This document shows, one piece after another, positions 62,234 to 64,000 of a stretch of 64,000 bases of DNA (its first letter is position 1; each line of letters begins with the position of its first letter). Made by a program: the position numbers and the translations under genes. A model generated the notes under the pieces. The model was not told the origin of the DNA. It was given only the letters and a program-made list of their open reading frames with translations, and ran no database searches. This stretch comes from Candidatus Poribacteria bacterium (GTDB lineage: Bacteria > Poribacteria > WGA-4E > WGA-3G), in the NCBI GenBank assembly GCA_965198235.1, contig OZ240248.1, positions 2,496,001-2,560,000 on the forward strand. The letters run 5' to 3'.

Positions 62234-63020
62234 CTATCGGCTATGGTCGACATCCTTGGTATGGAGTGTCACCACCTCTGCGAACCCCGGGGAATGTTTA
62301 GCGTCGTGGCATTGCAAACAGAGACCTGTATCCGCACCGCTACGGATGTTGCTCTTTTTCGGATTGCCCACGTGCTGTTTGCCAGGACCGTGACAGGTCT
62401 CACACTGCACGCCTTTGAGCGTTGAATCCTGATCGCCTATCTGAAAACCCGTTGAATAACCGAGTCCAGTGGCATGGCAGGAGACACACCCTGCATCGAA
62501 ATAGCGTTCTTTTTTTAGAAGGGTTTCATAGGCGAAAGTGTGACGCGTTGCTGACCATTGGAGGTATTCTTGCTGATGACACCGCTGACACGCCGTCGCC
62601 GAGACATACCCGTTTTGTGGGTCTCGTTCCAAATGTTGGTTCGCAAACAGAGGTGTGCGGGTTCTTCGGTCTTGGGAGATCTCTTGGTAAAAGTCAGTTA
62701 GCAATTGACGCACCGATTCGGATTCCTCTACATCGCCTGTTAATGACAATGGGGTCGCGTAATGGCGTGTGAGTTCTCCATCTGAATCTATCCAAAGTGC
62801 TAAAAATCCTAACGTTTTGCCTTCAGGTTTGGAGCCAACGTAAAGCGTTCCACTCTCAGACTTCGTTATTTCAAGTTCGTCGGGCTGGATCACGACATCA
62901 ATGTGCTTCGACACTTCGACATTGCCCAAAGCCACAACAACATCTGCTTGTGATACTGCTTGCTCCTGGACGACATCAGCGACAAAAGCAATTGTCCGCT
63001 GTCCAACTTGTTTGATAAGG
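62234..63020 (-). pseudogene. Tetraheme cytochrome c (c554-like) with partial 5'-nucleotidase-like domain; 5' end missing
   Basis: Four CxxCH motifs (CQRCH, CVSCH, CETCH, CLQCH); no signal peptide; frame begins inside the upstream gene. Confidence 0.75.
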
Positions 63021-63450
63021 TGAGCGTCTCTAATTCTGCATCCTTTGCCAAGTGTATCAGAAGTTGGTAGCGATTTAGATTTGTTACGTAGTCCAGCGAT
63101 GTTTTCTCTTTCGTAAAGTGAAACGGCACCAATAACTTCGGTTTCCGATTCTCCTGTTTCCAACTGTCGGTGGTTTGCTCCACCGCCCCATCTATTGGAC
63201 TTAAAAGTGAGCCTTGCTGTCCAAGCCGTTCCAAGCGTTCAATCCCGTCAAAGATAGAGGTGATCTTATATTTTTCCTTGAGCCCTTCAACGATCTGGTA
63301 TTCCGTCTGAGTCCCATAGCGATCCAGAATCTCCCATTCCACATCATTAACCTGAATGATGTCGTTCGTCTCAAGGTCTGCGACATATTTGCGACCCCCC
63401 TGTTCAAATTTATGGTGACGGTTCAAGCGGTAGCGCGTGTGAAATGCCAT
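63020..63450 (-). pseudogene. RRE (RiPP recognition element) domain protein, truncated; probably an RRE-glycosyltransferase
   Basis: HKFEQGGRKYVADLETNDIIQVNDVEWEIL...KY....I...I..LE.L...G.LLSP closely parallels the N-terminal RRE of SCIFF/CteB-type maturases (recalled, not searched). Confidence 0.65.
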
Positions 63451-63475
63451 AATTAACTTTGCTCCCTTCTGGTAT

Positions 63476-64000
63476 TTAAGCGGTTGCATGGATTAAGCCG
63501 CGAACCCTTTTGAGAATCGCCTTTGCTTCTGCTTCATCCTCGATTAAATCAGCAAGAAGTGCCTCAACTTCTCTCGCAGTATGGTTTTTCAGGAGAGTCA
63601 TCACGAGTCCTTCTTCAACACGCTGAGAATAGAGTACATCTCCCATCAGAGAGCGTTCATAGTGTTTGTTCATACCCAATAGAATGGACTTATATTTTAG
63701 GTGCCGTTGTTCTGAATCTGATGCTTCAATTTCGGTGGCAAAAACATTCAAAAGCCCATTTGGACTAACGAGCTGTCTTTTTCGATGGAGTTCCTCAAAG
63801 AATTGGATAATGCGGCGTGCGGTTTTGTCCCATGTAAACGACAATGCGCGTTCTCTCGCTTTTTGAGAAAGTGCCTCCCGCATCTCATCATCGTTCAACA
63901 GCAGATTAATCTTCTCTGAGAAGTCTATGGGTGATGGATAACTCACGAGTGTTCCTATATCGCTATTAAAATTATCAGCGTCCGCAACCAAGCCTGCATC
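63476..64000 (-). CDS. Glycosyltransferase family 4, C-terminal part with extra helical tail (runs off window end)
   Basis: DAGLV...KINLLLNDDEMREALSQKARERALSFTWDKTARRI. Confidence 0.8.
   Translation of the reverse strand, partial: DAGLVADADNFNSDIGTLVSYPSPIDFSEKINLLLNDDEMREALSQKARERALSFTWDKTARRIIQFFEELHRKRQLVSPNGLLNVFATEIEASDSEQRHLKYKSILLGMNKHYERSLMGDVLYSQRVEEGLVMTLLKNHTAREVEALLADLIEDEAEAKAILKRVRGLIHATA

Noticed and set aside
62234-62236. Pyrrolysine readthrough of the TAG
   Set aside because: No pyl genes in view and not a catalytic position; a local 7-nt duplication explains it more simply.

Overview
Bacterial genomic window, most likely Candidatus Poribacteria (inferred from five LamG/concanavalin-like proteins ending in a K/L-L-x-T-x-W-x-x-[ILV]-K tail, three PhyH dioxygenases, three Gfo/Idh/MocA enzymes, a CehA/McbA hydrolase and an ECF sigma factor fused to a beta-propeller). 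It carries housekeeping genes (alaS, recX, coaD, gpmI, prs, larB), a TonB receptor, HicAB and TolC/MFP. Highlights: (1) 57.9-64 kb holds a putative undescribed RiPP-like system: three peptides with a conserved leader and hypervariable Cys-rich core, each behind a conserved covarying stem-loop, alternating with TolB-like propeller genes, downstream of a GT4 glycosyltransferase, an RRE-domain protein, a tetraheme cytochrome and a GILT/DsbA-like oxidoreductase. The locus is partly damaged by deletions or frameshifts. (2) Three selenoproteins missed by the ORF track: two tandem HMA lipoproteins (GMT-U-GAC) and an AhpC/TSA-like protein (U-G-D-C), each with a SECIS-like hairpin. (3) An IS200/IS605 tnpB element and a non-autonomous copy that keeps the promoter and omegaRNA scaffold. 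(4) A shared C-terminal sorting-like motif on seven secreted proteins. No rRNA, tRNA or CRISPR array was recognised. All calls come from reading the sequence by eye; no searches were run.
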